From: Balanoglossus misakiensis
Lineage: Eukaryota > Animalia > Hemichordata
DNA: 64,000 nt
Assembly: GCA_040954595.2 (NCBI GenBank)
Contig: CM082585.2
Span: 8,567,649 to 8,631,648 of the forward strand
Direction: 5' to 3'
In this document: one piece after another, positions 51,201-62,528 of the stretch
Numbering within the stretch: the stretch's first letter is position 1
Layout: each line of letters opens with the position of its first letter
Translations under genes and position numbers: made by a program
The notes under the pieces: generated by a model
The model's input: the letters and a program-made list of their open reading frames with translations, nothing else
Database searches by the model: none
Told to the model about the DNA's origin: nothing

Positions 51201-52900
51201 TAACTGCAGCGAAACAAGCGTTTCATCCCGCAGGTCTGAAAGGAAATGGGGCCACTGTGTTCGCTTCTGTGACCGCCCCCAATGTGATCGTATCAATGAA
51301 TCGTCACCACCTCCACAAAATAACCGGAACTCAAGCCACAAAGAGGAAAACTGTCTATACCCATGATAAATGAAAAGCAAAAAATTGCCTTGAGAGTTAT
51401 TCGTTCGAAGCTAATCTAAATAACAAAAAAAGGGGAGCGATAAACATTTTGACGGACCAATGGATGATTTTTTGTCCGGCAACTTCACGACGCGACTGAA
51501 TCACGTGCAAGTCTCACATGCGTTTAGTCTCTGTATCAGTCGTATTTTCAAACTAAGTTTGTATACCAGGTGTGTCTCCACGTTTAAAAAAAATAAGTCG
51601 TAGTTTTTTCTCTCGGCTTTAGTATTTACTTGTGTCGTTCAGTATCTACAGGATACCAATTGACGTTTGATACATGGAGGGCGCCCCAGTTGACCCCCGC
51701 CATTCAGCGTAATGACCAAGCGTCTCGTGGTGTCAGGGGAATGTACAGAACCGAACTTTCCCAAGTCATATATTCACGTAAGACGCCTTCAAACCCCGTT
51801 CTCGAAGAGTTTGGACGTTTCTGGTGAGCAGTAGGTGCTGCCATGTCATCCGAACGAATCTGGAGATCGTGGGAACTACAGAGTATTAATTCGGTCCACT
51901 GCCGGGAACGCGGCATATGTCGACGGGTTTCGCGAGGGATATAAATGTAACGTTTGTCACACTATCAGCATATACAAGTAGTACACTACATATCTACCTA
52001 CCTATACCTATCTGTCTGTTAATCTAAATGGCATCGGATTTACATTGTAAAATGCGGTGACCACGTGTACTAGCGCGGTCACCACACAAAACTGGCCACT
52101 ACCAATCGCGGGGGTTGCGCAAATGTGGTCATGGCCAGCAGGGATTATGTGCCACGAATTCTACTGCATGTGACCACGCTTACTGTTACTATGTGTGACG
52201 TTCTTTTTAACAGCGGTATTTTCGGTTGACCTTAATTACAGCTTTTGTTGGAGCCACAGTTGGTCGGCCACAAAAACATTTGCGTCTTTTCCCCTCGAAA
52301 GCTTTGAATACATGCATACTGTATTGAAATCACACCAGTCACTTCAAAACAGCCGCCACTGGACACAATATACATGATATACACAAACGGTAAACATGTA
52401 ATGCGACCTGAACAAACCATGGATTGTCTATGAACAAACCGACCCAGGCGAAAAACACAGAGTACATTCAGAGACCGCGGTGTACTCACTAAAGCATAGA
52501 CTACCATAGACTGTAGTGACTAAAGCTGGCAGAGGACTATAGCTAGCCGTTGGCCGACACCAAGACAAAACAACTGCTTCTGTTACGTCACGCCATATTG
52601 TCCACGTTTAGTTGTTGTGCATATTTAAATTTGCAAGCCAGTGATGAGTGAATGGTATGTGTACGATGAAAACGGGTGCAGACCGAAGCTCGTGGTAATG
52701 ACTTACCTGATGAGCGCGTTGTTTGTCAACAGAGTTGGCCGCGCGGGGTTGTTGTTTGCACTGCGTTGCGTGCGCGGGATTTACATGGGTCGGAATACGG
52801 CGTGGCGGACAGTTTACTTCCACGCCACCTCCGGTCCGGAACGCATACACCGTGACCGGTGACCGTGTTTGTGTTGAAACTATTCAGTCCCTGATTGTGC
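48254..52900 (-). other. Probable spliced 5' UTR of the GT61-DUF579 gene
   Basis: Strong acceptor ttttgttttatcatccctgcag|G with the exon starting at 48412. Consensus donors G|gtaagt at 51151 and 52707 close GC-rich segments that lack long ORFs. How these exons connect is inferred. Confidence 0.45.
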
Positions 52901-53104
52901 CCTTTCTACCCGCATCCTTTGCATATAGGTAAATTTCTATCAGCGCCATTAATATGTAAATTCCCACTACGAACGTTTGGAATATTTATTGCTTTTCAAC
53001 GCTGTAAGCTCCTGGCCGACCGGAAGAGCGTGCGTACCGCCTGGCATAGTCGGGATGTGGAGTGAGAATCGCGGGCCTAATTCAAGCGACACTCGACGAT
53101 TGCA

Positions 53105-53154
53105 ATAAAATCGCGGCATCACTGAGCCCGATATAAAATCGCGGCATCACTGAG
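53105..53154. repeat. 22-bp direct repeat ataaaatcgcggcatcactgag x2
   Basis: Directly visible in the sequence. Confidence 0.85.
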
Positions 53155-54323
53155 TCCACGATTGTGTAGCGTGGACGGGTTGCCGCGACTCAAAGCTCTT
53201 GTTGTTATGGATACGAAAGCGGTCAGAGAAAAGTATGGGTTAACTCACCGGACGAACTGATTAACTAACTAACCGATTCTGGCTACGTGATTAATTTGGC
53301 AAAAAAGTATGGCAGGGTATCTATCGCCAATCTCCATCACTCCCCCATAAGCTTTAGTCTCCAACGCGCACCCTATACGTCCATGGTATGAGGAACGCGA
53401 CGCAATTAAGAAAAGCCAAAACCAAAAAGCCTAAAAGTTTTAAAACGAGAGAAAGCGACCGTCTAAAGTGTCTTACAGATGTTGGTATTATAATCGAGCA
53501 GTGCAGGAAAAAAAAATCTGAAAAATTTATCATGAAACGTTGGAAGTGTGTTTCCCCCAGATAATTCTCAATACATTCTTGTGAGGAAATTTATCCCGGA
53601 TGAGTAATGAATGGGTATGATTCAATGTTGAATCAGAGCTCGACTGTCTGCAAATATGACGTCACTGGACATGTTCCTGTTGCCAAGGTTATCGTTTCTA
53701 TCCAAAATTATTCGACGAGTTTTGATATTGTCCCTCCGATGATCAAAATATTGTCTGGGTGTAATATTTCTACCGCATATCATCGGTCACTGGTTATTTC
53801 AAGAACGTTGCCGTCCCGTCCCGGCGCGGGTCATAATGTAACTCAGTAATGATGAATGAAAAGAACAGCTGTAGTATTAGCTTTCAATTTCTTGAAGGAG
53901 AAAAAAAGGGTACATCTTCACCAAAATCGATAAAAAAATAAACTTAAACATACCTTGCTTTTAAGACTGCCCACTCCTGTCAATGTCAAAAACTACAGGT
54001 CGAGACAGAGCATGAAATTTTCAGCTGTCGCGCGCTCTTTGTGCTATACTACAGTGCCACTGACCCCACGGACAACGTGATTCACTGAACTTATAATTCT
54101 ACGCCTCGAAGAGTCATTTGTCGAGTATGACGCCCTCGACGTTGAAATCACAATGTACTTGTACGAAATACTAAACGGGTTGGCAGCATGTTCTGTGTGG
54201 GAGCACTGAGTAAGATGTGACGTCATTAAGGCGAGTAATGCTTCGAAGACGTGACTTGATCATATACATTGTAAATATTTATTTATAAACATTTTAATTC
54301 CACTCATTTTCGATATACATGTA

Positions 54324-54428
54324 CAGTGAAACCTGTCAATACAGACAATCTATGACAATCTGGACACCTGTCTATTAAGGACAGTTTTTTCTGTTCCCGT
54401 AGATGTCCTCAATAAACAGGGTTCACTG
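54324..54428. mobile_element. 105-bp MITE of Tc1/mariner-pogo type
   Basis: TA|CAGTGAAACCTGT...ACAGGGTTCACTG|TA: imperfect terminal inverted repeats starting CAGT, with a TA target-site duplication. Confidence 0.8.
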
Positions 54429-55457
54429 TACTTAATTACCCTGACAACGATGATGCTGGTGGTGGAGGTACATTACCCCTGTTTCATCATTTTTGTTTCC
54501 AAAGATTCTTCCAACGCTGGCTGTGAGGGCGGCATCTTCTGAATTAAAAAATATTAAGGTGGAGGTTTCTGTATCTCTGGGTCAGTTTCAAAATGTTCGA
54601 GATTCTTATAACCGAGGTATTTGCGCCTGTTGCGCACATCAGTTGAAACTTTGTCAATCCAAAAATATCACACGCACAGCTCCCCGTCGTTGAGCCCAAA
54701 TAGGGTAACTTGACGCGTTGTGTACCTACAAATGAACAAAAATCAATCTTGGGGTTGGGTGGGTGGGTGGATGTTGTACCTATTACTGCGACAAGTTGGA
54801 GATGTAAATTTCATTGAAGGCAATCCATGTCTGATTAAGAACATACAATATGAACAGATTTCCAGATAAACGTTTATTTCAACTTACCTTCCGTTTTAAT
54901 CTTCCTCCATTGCCATTAGTCACCCCAACGAACTGCGAACAAGAAAAATGCATAATTGAAACATACTGGGCTAAGTACGTATAGTTGTACACTCATGTCT
55001 GTTCGGTTGGCTCGGGTTACCAATTAGTTAATGGATTAAACCAGAAATGATAATGTAACCTTTATAATCTGACAATAGACGCAACTGACTTAACAAAGGG
55101 TTGTTAGCCATGTAATACAACCAAGCTTTGTATGAAACAAAATCAGATGCCGAGTTGAACAAAAACTGTAGTTTTGTGCCGTTTAACACGTGTTGTTTGT
55201 CCTGCATCACGAGAATGTTCTCCCACATACTAGTATATTGTCTAGCCACGCGAGATCTCGCAGGGTCTCGTGGAGTTCGATCGGAAAGTGGTCTCTATCT
55301 AAGTTATCGTTTGCACACAAGTTTTTGACCAGCACCAACGCATATACATGTAATTGGCAGCTGCCGCCAATGTTGGTGGTGACGTTTGTCAGCGTTTGGT
55401 CGCATTGCTTAAACATGTACAAAAAAAATAAAAGTTTAGGGAAATAGCGGTACCCAC

Positions 55458-55692
55458 CTGCGAGTGAAAACACCAGAATAATGCTCAGAAAACACACCAG
55501 AAAGACGATCACGCACGTCAATGTGTCGCTTAAAGACATCTGACCAATAACAGTTTTCTGAGGTTTCTTAGTCGCCTCCGGTTCCCTGGCAAAGATGACG
55601 CGTACATACTCCACGTGTGTTTCCCCGCCGCTGCCGTTGGTCTCAACGTGGTGTCCGCCTTCACTTTGGTATTCTGGAACATCGTAGATCAC
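55458..55692 (-). CDS. Exon 2 of the same gene, encoding a transmembrane helix (CVIVFLVCFLSIILVFSLA)
   Basis: Acceptor ttcttttttgtcatttggaag|GTG and probable donor G|gtgggt. Downstream exons are unresolved; candidates lie at ~55060-55295, 54888-54932 and below ~54725. Confidence 0.55.
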
Positions 55693-56031
55693 CTTCCAAA
55701 TGACAAAAAAGAATTGAAAAGGCCATTGAATAGAAAACTAAGTTTGTTTGTTCATGGTTATATAAAACCTTATGTAACGAAATAATTATACATATTATAC
55801 ATATATCTTGACATAAAATAAAAATCAATGGCAGCGGCGTCCTCGCTGGATCAATATATCGAGAGATATTGGAGAAATTCCACGTGGAACGAGTCATTAG
55901 GACAGGCTAAATACGTTCTCCTTTCCTGCACAAGTGCAGACACTGCAGTGCAACAGAAGTGTTAGGACCGTATAAGAAAGTTGACAAGTGCAATGGCCGC
56001 TGTTGGCTGCCCCCTTCTCTAATATACTTAC

Positions 56032-56214
56032 ATCTTCATCTTGCTGTATTTCCATTTCGCGTCCATTCGCAGAGTCCCACTTGCCTGTCGTCTGCGCCTG
56101 ATTTTCACCAAACATTCGCGTATCCTCTACCATTTCATAGTTTTCCGAGGATTCCACCCCCTTGTCTAAATCGCTGTCGACATCAAACTCCCTGTGTATG
56201 CTGATTTCCGCCAT
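56032..56214 (-). CDS. Exon 1 of an uncharacterised single-pass membrane protein (acidic N-terminus MAEISIHREF...QQDED)
   Basis: AATATGG start context and 61 codons ending GAT|gtaagt (phase 0), joining in frame to the exon at 55692. Confidence 0.55.
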
Positions 56215-56977
56215 ATTGGAAATAATGGCAAGAATCTGTATTCAACGTCACTACTTTTTATACTATTGTCCGAAAAATAATGTCATTACATAATGGCGAC
56301 AAACCTATTGTCTCTAGTATAGGTTCAAGGTTGCCATATTTATCCTAGCTGCTCTACCGTTTATTCATTTTGGTGAGATTTTTACTCTCATATCCCTACA
56401 ATGGAAGTTGTGTGCGGTCGAACGTTTATTCACTATATATCCACATGTAGAATAACATAAACCGTGTCTTGTATCAAACATAATTAACGGAAAAGGGGCA
56501 GCGAGAGAGAGACTTTGCCCCTTTAAATATTATCATCTGTAATTATGTTTCGAAGATTTCATGCGATCTTCTGTGTAGCTCGCAGACGATAGATTCCGCC
56601 CGCAGACTGTCTTCACTTATTAATGTCAGCAAACATAAACGGATCAAACGACAGGAAATTTGAGCTGAAGTATCGACACATGATGAGATCAAATTGCATG
56701 TACATTTGTATTGACGTTTATGACTGCAGAGCTCTTGTATAGGCTCTACTCAAACGTTGTTTCCTTGATACAAACTGTTGCAGGTCTGGAATACAAACTC
56801 AGTCGAAGGACCGGTGGAAAATCCTCCAATTTGAAAAAAATCTTTGAAGACTTCAGAGGGATTTTTTTTCATCACTTCAATCTCGACCGGAAATCGATCA
56901 CCGCGTATCTGGTATTCTACATAATGACGATCTGCCATATCACCCTCATGGTACCTCCCCCCTCTCGCTCTGTTTTC

Positions 56978-57300
56978 AAGGTAGAAGAGGCCTATACGCC
57001 TCGAAAATCACGGTCTTAAAGTTGTTCTCATACATGTATTTCGCTCAAGACAACTTTTAAATTACGGTATATTTTCTCTTAAAATTGGGAATAAAAATTA
57101 GGGGTCAACTTGCAAAATTGTGAATGAGGGAGCAAAATTATCTCAAATTTGAAAGTCAAAATGATTGCTATAATCCCCGTGTTAACCTTGACTCAATGTA
57201 GAAAGCCTGGATAAGTAATGGTATATAATATGAAAACAAGACGGATTTCTTAGAGTCTTTTTTTCCTCAAGCACTTAAGTTTGTCCCAGAGACTCATAGG
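56978..57300 (+). mobile_element. Degenerate copy of an interspersed MITE-like family
   Basis: Shares motifs with 58060-58380 in inverted orientation (atgaaaacaagacgg at 57230-57244 versus ccgtcttgttttcat at 58168-58182) and with ~36300-36600. Confidence 0.55.
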
Positions 57301-58059
57301 CCCATATACCGCAAGGCCACCGCACAAGAGAGAAAATTTCTGACCAATTTCCCTCGAAATTAATGGACATTTTGCTTAATCTAAATCCTGTCGAGTCGTT
57401 TGCGGTAGACTTTATCATAAATGTGTCTTACACTGGCAGACGTTCGATACGTATAACCCGTCCCTAATAACAGATTACGATATCTTCCGCGACAAATCGG
57501 TGGCTTCAAACGGATATATCAAACGGATATATTTTGAGAAAAAAAAACATAATATCTAGAATTTCAAAGACACACTTCCCGGGCACATGTACAGTGTATT
57601 CCGACTAGAGACCTTCTTAGAGACCACACTGTGAGTTTTAAAAGTCACGCCGATTATATCAGAGTTAACAGCAGATATCAGGAGACCCACTGTACAATGA
57701 AGCTTGTGAACACCTAATAGACCTCCGTCCGTTCCAAAGCGTTTCTTTATATTTTAGGCAGAAATAATAACACGTAGACGGGAAAATAGGCCCATAGTGC
57801 ATGTGTCTTTATATTTTATGCAGAACTAATTTAGAAGTACAGGGAACTTGGGATTACTCCAAGGCATACAAAATCTAACCCAAGGAAGCCTATTTTCTCC
57901 AATAATTATCAAGCGACCTCTTTCATGTACAACATTCTGTTTTGAAATCCCCGTCGCGCAGTGAACTCTGTCGGCTGACTAATCCGTCGGTGCTCAATGG
58001 GAGGGACTAAATGGAACCAACTATATGATCGTAGCCACACTGGCAGTTACTGTAACCTA

Positions 58060-58380
58060 CATGCGCCTCAGAAAAATGATAATCCTTCAATAAATCTTCC
58101 AATCATTTGCTATATTAAAGCGTGTGGGGAGTCCTTTTAAAAAGCAAAGAAGAAAACTGGGTGTTCACCGTCTTGTTTTCATGAAAATCCTTCTTTACAT
58201 TTTCTCCATAGACTGGCGGCCATTTTGAATATCGAAATTGAGACAATGTTGCTCTGTCATTCATAATTATGCGCGGTGACTCACATTTTTTATTCTGAAA
58301 TTTAATAGAGATTAATATCCTCAAGTTGTCTAGGGCAAAATATTAGAGAAAGTTTAAGAGTTGATTTTCGAAGGGTATAT
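58060..58380 (-). mobile_element. Second, inverted copy of the same interspersed family
   Basis: Core ggcggccattttgaatatcgaaatt is the reverse-complement match of aatttgaaattcaaaatggccgcc at ~36408-36430. The gcgcctc and ttttcgaag end motifs mirror 56995-57006. Confidence 0.55.
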
Positions 58381-58913
58381 AAAAAATAAGAATATTTTAT
58401 CCAAAGACGTACTGTCATGAAAGCCTCTGTACTGTATGACCTTTCATTGCATTACAAGAAAAAGGACATGTCTATCATAACCAAACAGCCTAATGATTTT
58501 GGATGTCGAATTGTTACACCAGCTGCAACATATACACAGTTAATGATATTCTGAAGAAGTATAGGTCTTATGGACTTTTCGTTCGCAGCTGATCATGACG
58601 AGCGAGGTAAATTGCTGTTCTGTTTCGTCAGGCACGACTAGCCGAAAGAGCACTTTCCTCCAATTAGCAAAGGTTCACAGTCGGGCTACGGTAGGTCCGT
58701 AGGATGTTCGCGTATACCTATCAATAAGCTTATTTAGATGTTCCAATTCAAGTGAAATTATGAAAATAGTGCAAAAAATGGCTACTCTTGGGGCGATAAA
58801 GTGCACATTCAATAAGCCACGATAGAAAACGCCGCGTGATTATAAACTTATTCAAGTGAAGCCAAGTTTGTCTAAACAGTGTGGATTATTCAACTTGAAT
58901 AAAGAAATGAAGT

Positions 58914-59990
58914 TTACACTCTTTGGCACCTGAGAAGTTTCTTGATTGTTCTTCGGAGAGGCTTGTCCCTGAAGGCGTACACGACGGGGTTGATGGCAGA
59001 ATTTAACATGCCCATAGAGAAGGCAATGTGGGTTAGTGTATAGTAATTAAAACCGCGGATTGTATATTGCAGCACTAAAAGTAAGGCGAACGGTGACCAA
59101 CAAAGAGCAAATACCCCTAGAATCATCGACAGTGTCTTTGTCGTTGTGTTCTCCTTCTTGAAGATCCTCACGCGGCTCTGCTGGGCTTGAGACGGCTGCT
59201 CTACGGCAACACCGGGCGACACGGTCGACAAGCCAGGGCGGGCTGCGTGGTGGCTGGTCCCCGGCGCCGCGACGGTCACCAATTCGGTCGGCGGCGTCGT
59301 GTTAAGGCTGGCGTGAAGCGCGTTGATGTTCCGCCGCTGTTTGATGGCAATGTGCGCCAGTAGCCCGTACAGCACGCACATGACGACCAGCGGCAAGAAG
59401 AACACGCCGAGGCAGAAGAACATGAGGTACCCGCCGCTCATCGCAAACGAAGGCAGGCAGACGACGTGGGGCGGCAGCTGGCTGCTCCAGCCAACCAGCG
59501 GCAGGGAGGCGATGATCGCACCGCTCAACCAGACACCGGCGATGCAACAGGTGCACCGGAAATTGGTCATGTTCATGTTGTACTTGAACGGTATCGTGAT
59601 CGACATATATCGATCCACGGCTATGAGGACCAAGTGGAAAATACTTGTGGACCACAGGAAAAACAAAAAGCACAGAGTGTACACACAGTAGTGCGGATTT
59701 CGCTCAAGTGTCTCAGGCCATCCCATGTACATGGCGCCCACGCCAAAGTAGAAGCCGGACACAGTGTCAATACTGGCCAAACTTGCGATGTACGCGTACC
59801 GCCGTGCTCGCAGTTCGCCATTCAAGAAAATGGACAGTATCACCATGAAATTGCCGAAAACTGTCAGTAAACCAAAGAAAGACATGCGTACAACTGCCCA
59901 CATGTCTCTTTCGTAATATATCGAGTCGTTCAGAAATAATGTGAAATTGGCGGTGGTGTTGTATGCCGACGATAAATTCTCCCTGTTCAT
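58914..59990 (-). CDS. Rhodopsin-class (class A) GPCR, adenosine-receptor/MECA-like orphan; single coding exon
   Basis: Seven hydrophobic segments with GN (TM1), LASID (TM2), DRY (TM3), W..LPLVGW (TM4), FFLP (TM5), FALCWSP (TM6) and NSAINPVVY (TM7). N-terminal N-glycosylation sequons are present. Confidence 0.93.
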   Translation of the reverse strand: MNRENLSSAYNTTANFTLFLNDSIYYERDMWAVVRMSFFGLLTVFGNFMVILSIFLNGELRARRYAYIASLASIDTVSGFYFGVGAMYMGWPETLERNPHYCVYTLCFLFFLWSTSIFHLVLIAVDRYMSITIPFKYNMNMTNFRCTCCIAGVWLSGAIIASLPLVGWSSQLPPHVVCLPSFAMSGGYLMFFCLGVFFLPLVVMCVLYGLLAHIAIKQRRNINALHASLNTTPPTELVTVAAPGTSHHAARPGLSTVSPGVAVEQPSQAQQSRVRIFKKENTTTKTLSMILGVFALCWSPFALLLVLQYTIRGFNYYTLTHIAFSMGMLNSAINPVVYAFRDKPLRRTIKKLLRCQRV

Positions 59991-60946
59991 CACGACGTCC
60001 GAATCCGCTTTTTTCAGTACACCAGAAATTGGACCTTCTCATCTACTGCTGTCGTGCGCTCACTTTTTTCACCCCGTCTGCAGACAAATCGAGGCCTGCC
60101 CTTGTGTGTGTCAGCTGAGCTTTTTTTATACATATGGAAACTGTTTATCCTCTTTTCCTGGGTTAGAGCTAGCAAAAACTTGGGGCAATTGAAGGACATT
60201 AGCTTATATGCCTGTCTAATATAATATGCCCATGGCAACCCGTGACATTTTACCGCATTCCATATCCGTTGACTACGTATGCGTACTATTATCATGATTT
60301 GAGACTTTAAGAAGGGTGTGCGCATGTGTCTCTTCCCATAGGATTACATACAAAATTGTTATAAAACTCATGACTTCTTGTCATTTGCACGAAATGTTAC
60401 AAAAAGCGCAGTCAAGTAAAGATAGACTCATTTATCAATAAAATCGTTTGGTTATCTTACGATGGGTGACTTAAACTTCCCCTTGAATATTATTGCAATA
60501 TAAACTCTTACATCCCGTGAAAAAATGCTCCCTTTAAACCAGCGCCAACACGTACGAGCATTAAAAAAATCTTTCGTTTTTATAGCGAACGCAATGTGTG
60601 TCCATCCAGTTTGTGACATGAAGGGCGACCACTTTTCCCATCGCGACAAGCCAAAGAAAGTATTTGAGGTCACGTTACATGCTATTGCCGCCAATGGCGA
60701 ACTTTATTAACTTTTCGTGGCTAGAAAATCAAGATTTATAATACATTTCTTTATACTTGTCATAAACTTTCAGCTGTTTTGGTGAATTTCGCCTCCTTTT
60801 CCAGAATCAGTCCGATTGCTGCCCGAATCCATGATACACGTAAACACAAAACGGACAGTACCACTTGCAGCATAATTGAACATTTCAAAAAGACACCACA
60901 ACTGTACGTTCCAAAGGTTCAAGATGATGCAGATTACGAACTCATC

Positions 60947-61219
60947 ACAGGAAACAACAACGACAATTTAATACAGTACGATAACTTTGGACCACTGCCA
61001 AGTCACAGTCATATTTTGACAGTATTTTACGTCGATAATTGAATACAACATTGCCAAATCTACCACAGAACTTCTTAAGTGATCGAACTACAGGAAACAA
61101 CAACGACAATTTAATATAGTACGATAACTTTGGACCACTGCCAAGTCACAGTCATATTTTGACAGTATTTTACGTCGATAATTGAATACAACATTGCCAA
61201 ATCTACCACAGAACTTCTT
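60947..61219. repeat. Near-perfect 130-bp direct duplication (60947-61076 and 61090-61219)
   Basis: The copies are identical except for one substitution I could see (atacagt/atatagt), and are separated by a 13-bp spacer. Confidence 0.95.
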
Positions 61220-61409
61220 GATAGAGAAACACACAATTCTCCACATCATGGCTAGCTGTATTCACGAATTTATTTTGTATCAAGAATAAAGCAACGGAAA
61301 TCTACCAGATCACCTCAAGCTCCCCCAGTACATAGTGAATAGCATGTTATAAATATTAGGAATTCGTTACAGACACACAGCAAGTGCTTATTCAGTGAAG
61401 ATTTTGAGC

Positions 61410-62528
61410 TCATACTCTCTGGCATTTGAGAATCTTCTTGAATGTTTTTCTGAGTGGGATGTCTCTCAGGGCGTACAGGACAGGGTTGATGGCCGAGTTG
61501 GCCATGCCGAGGGAGAACGCAACGTTGTTGAGGGTGTGGTTGTAGAAGCCCGGAACGGTGTACTCCGCGATCAGCATGAAGGAGAAGGGCAACCAGCAGA
61601 GAGCGAAAACGCCCAGGATCATGGACAGCGTCTTGGTCGTTCGCATTTCTCTCTTGAACGTCTTCAAGCGGCTCTGCTGGGTCGGCTGAGATGGCTGTCC
61701 GGCACCGGAGGGTTGGACGGCCGATGGTTCATCAGCACGTCGGGCGTATTCGGGCTGCAGTCCGGGTCCGCTGCTGACGGTCTGCCCTTCGGTGCTGGGT
61801 CCGGCCGCGTTCACGCTGGCGTGAAGGGCGTCGATTTTCCGCCGCTGCTGGAGCGCGATGCGCGCGAGTCGGCCGTACAGCACGCACATGGCGATCAGGG
61901 GGAGGAAGAACACCCCGAAGCAGACGAACATGAGGTACTCTCCGCTCAGCACGAATGAGGGTATGCAGGCGATGTACGGCGGCAGGGGCGGTCTCCACCC
62001 CAGCAGCGGCAGGGCGGCCACGGTGGCCCCGCACAGCCAGGCGCCGGCGACGAAGCAGGAACACCGGCACTTGGTCATGGTCATCTCGTAGGTGAACGGG
62101 TTCGTGATTGTCAGGTAGCGGTCGATGGCTATGAGGACCATGTGGAATATACTGGTGGACCAGAGCAGGTACAGACAGCAAAAGATCGTGACGCAGAATT
62201 GGGGGTTGCTGTCGAGGATCTCCGGGGCGCTGTTGTGCATGGCCCCGACCGCGATGTAGACACCACTCAGAGCATCCACCGTGGCCAAACTCGCTATGTA
62301 GGCGTACCTCGGCGCCCGGAGCTCGTCGTTCAAGACGACGGACAACACCACCAGCAGGTTGCCGAACAGAGTCACGACACCCAGGACGACGATGCGCACA
62401 ACGGTGCCGATATCGATGACGGAGCCAATGTAGGCGTCATCGTCGGTGTAAGCGTCGTTGAACGACAAGTCTGTGTCGTTGCAGTACTTCGAGTGGTTGC
62501 ACGGCGAAAGGGTGCTGGCCGCAGACAT
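61410..62528 (-). CDS. Rhodopsin-class GPCR, tandem paralog of 58914-59990; single coding exon
   Basis: Motifs GN, LATVD, DRY, LPLLGW, FALCWLP and NSAINPVLY. It shares long stretches with its neighbour (RYAYIASLA, WSTSIFH, TTKTLSMILGVFALCW, C-terminal CQRV). First ATG is at 62528. Confidence 0.93.
   Translation of the reverse strand: MSAASTLSPCNHSKYCNDTDLSFNDAYTDDDAYIGSVIDIGTVVRIVVLGVVTLFGNLLVVLSVVLNDELRAPRYAYIASLATVDALSGVYIAVGAMHNSAPEILDSNPQFCVTIFCCLYLLWSTSIFHMVLIAIDRYLTITNPFTYEMTMTKCRCSCFVAGAWLCGATVAALPLLGWRPPLPPYIACIPSFVLSGEYLMFVCFGVFFLPLIAMCVLYGRLARIALQQRRKIDALHASVNAAGPSTEGQTVSSGPGLQPEYARRADEPSAVQPSGAGQPSQPTQQSRLKTFKREMRTTKTLSMILGVFALCWLPFSFMLIAEYTVPGFYNHTLNNVAFSLGMANSAINPVLYALRDIPLRKTFKKILKCQRV

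Noticed and set aside
52700-52760. CTGATGA followed by a GC stem, resembling a hammerhead ribozyme core (also CTGACGA at ~8941)
   Set aside because: The required GAAA after stem II and stems I/III are absent. The 52701 site is better explained as a minus-strand splice donor.
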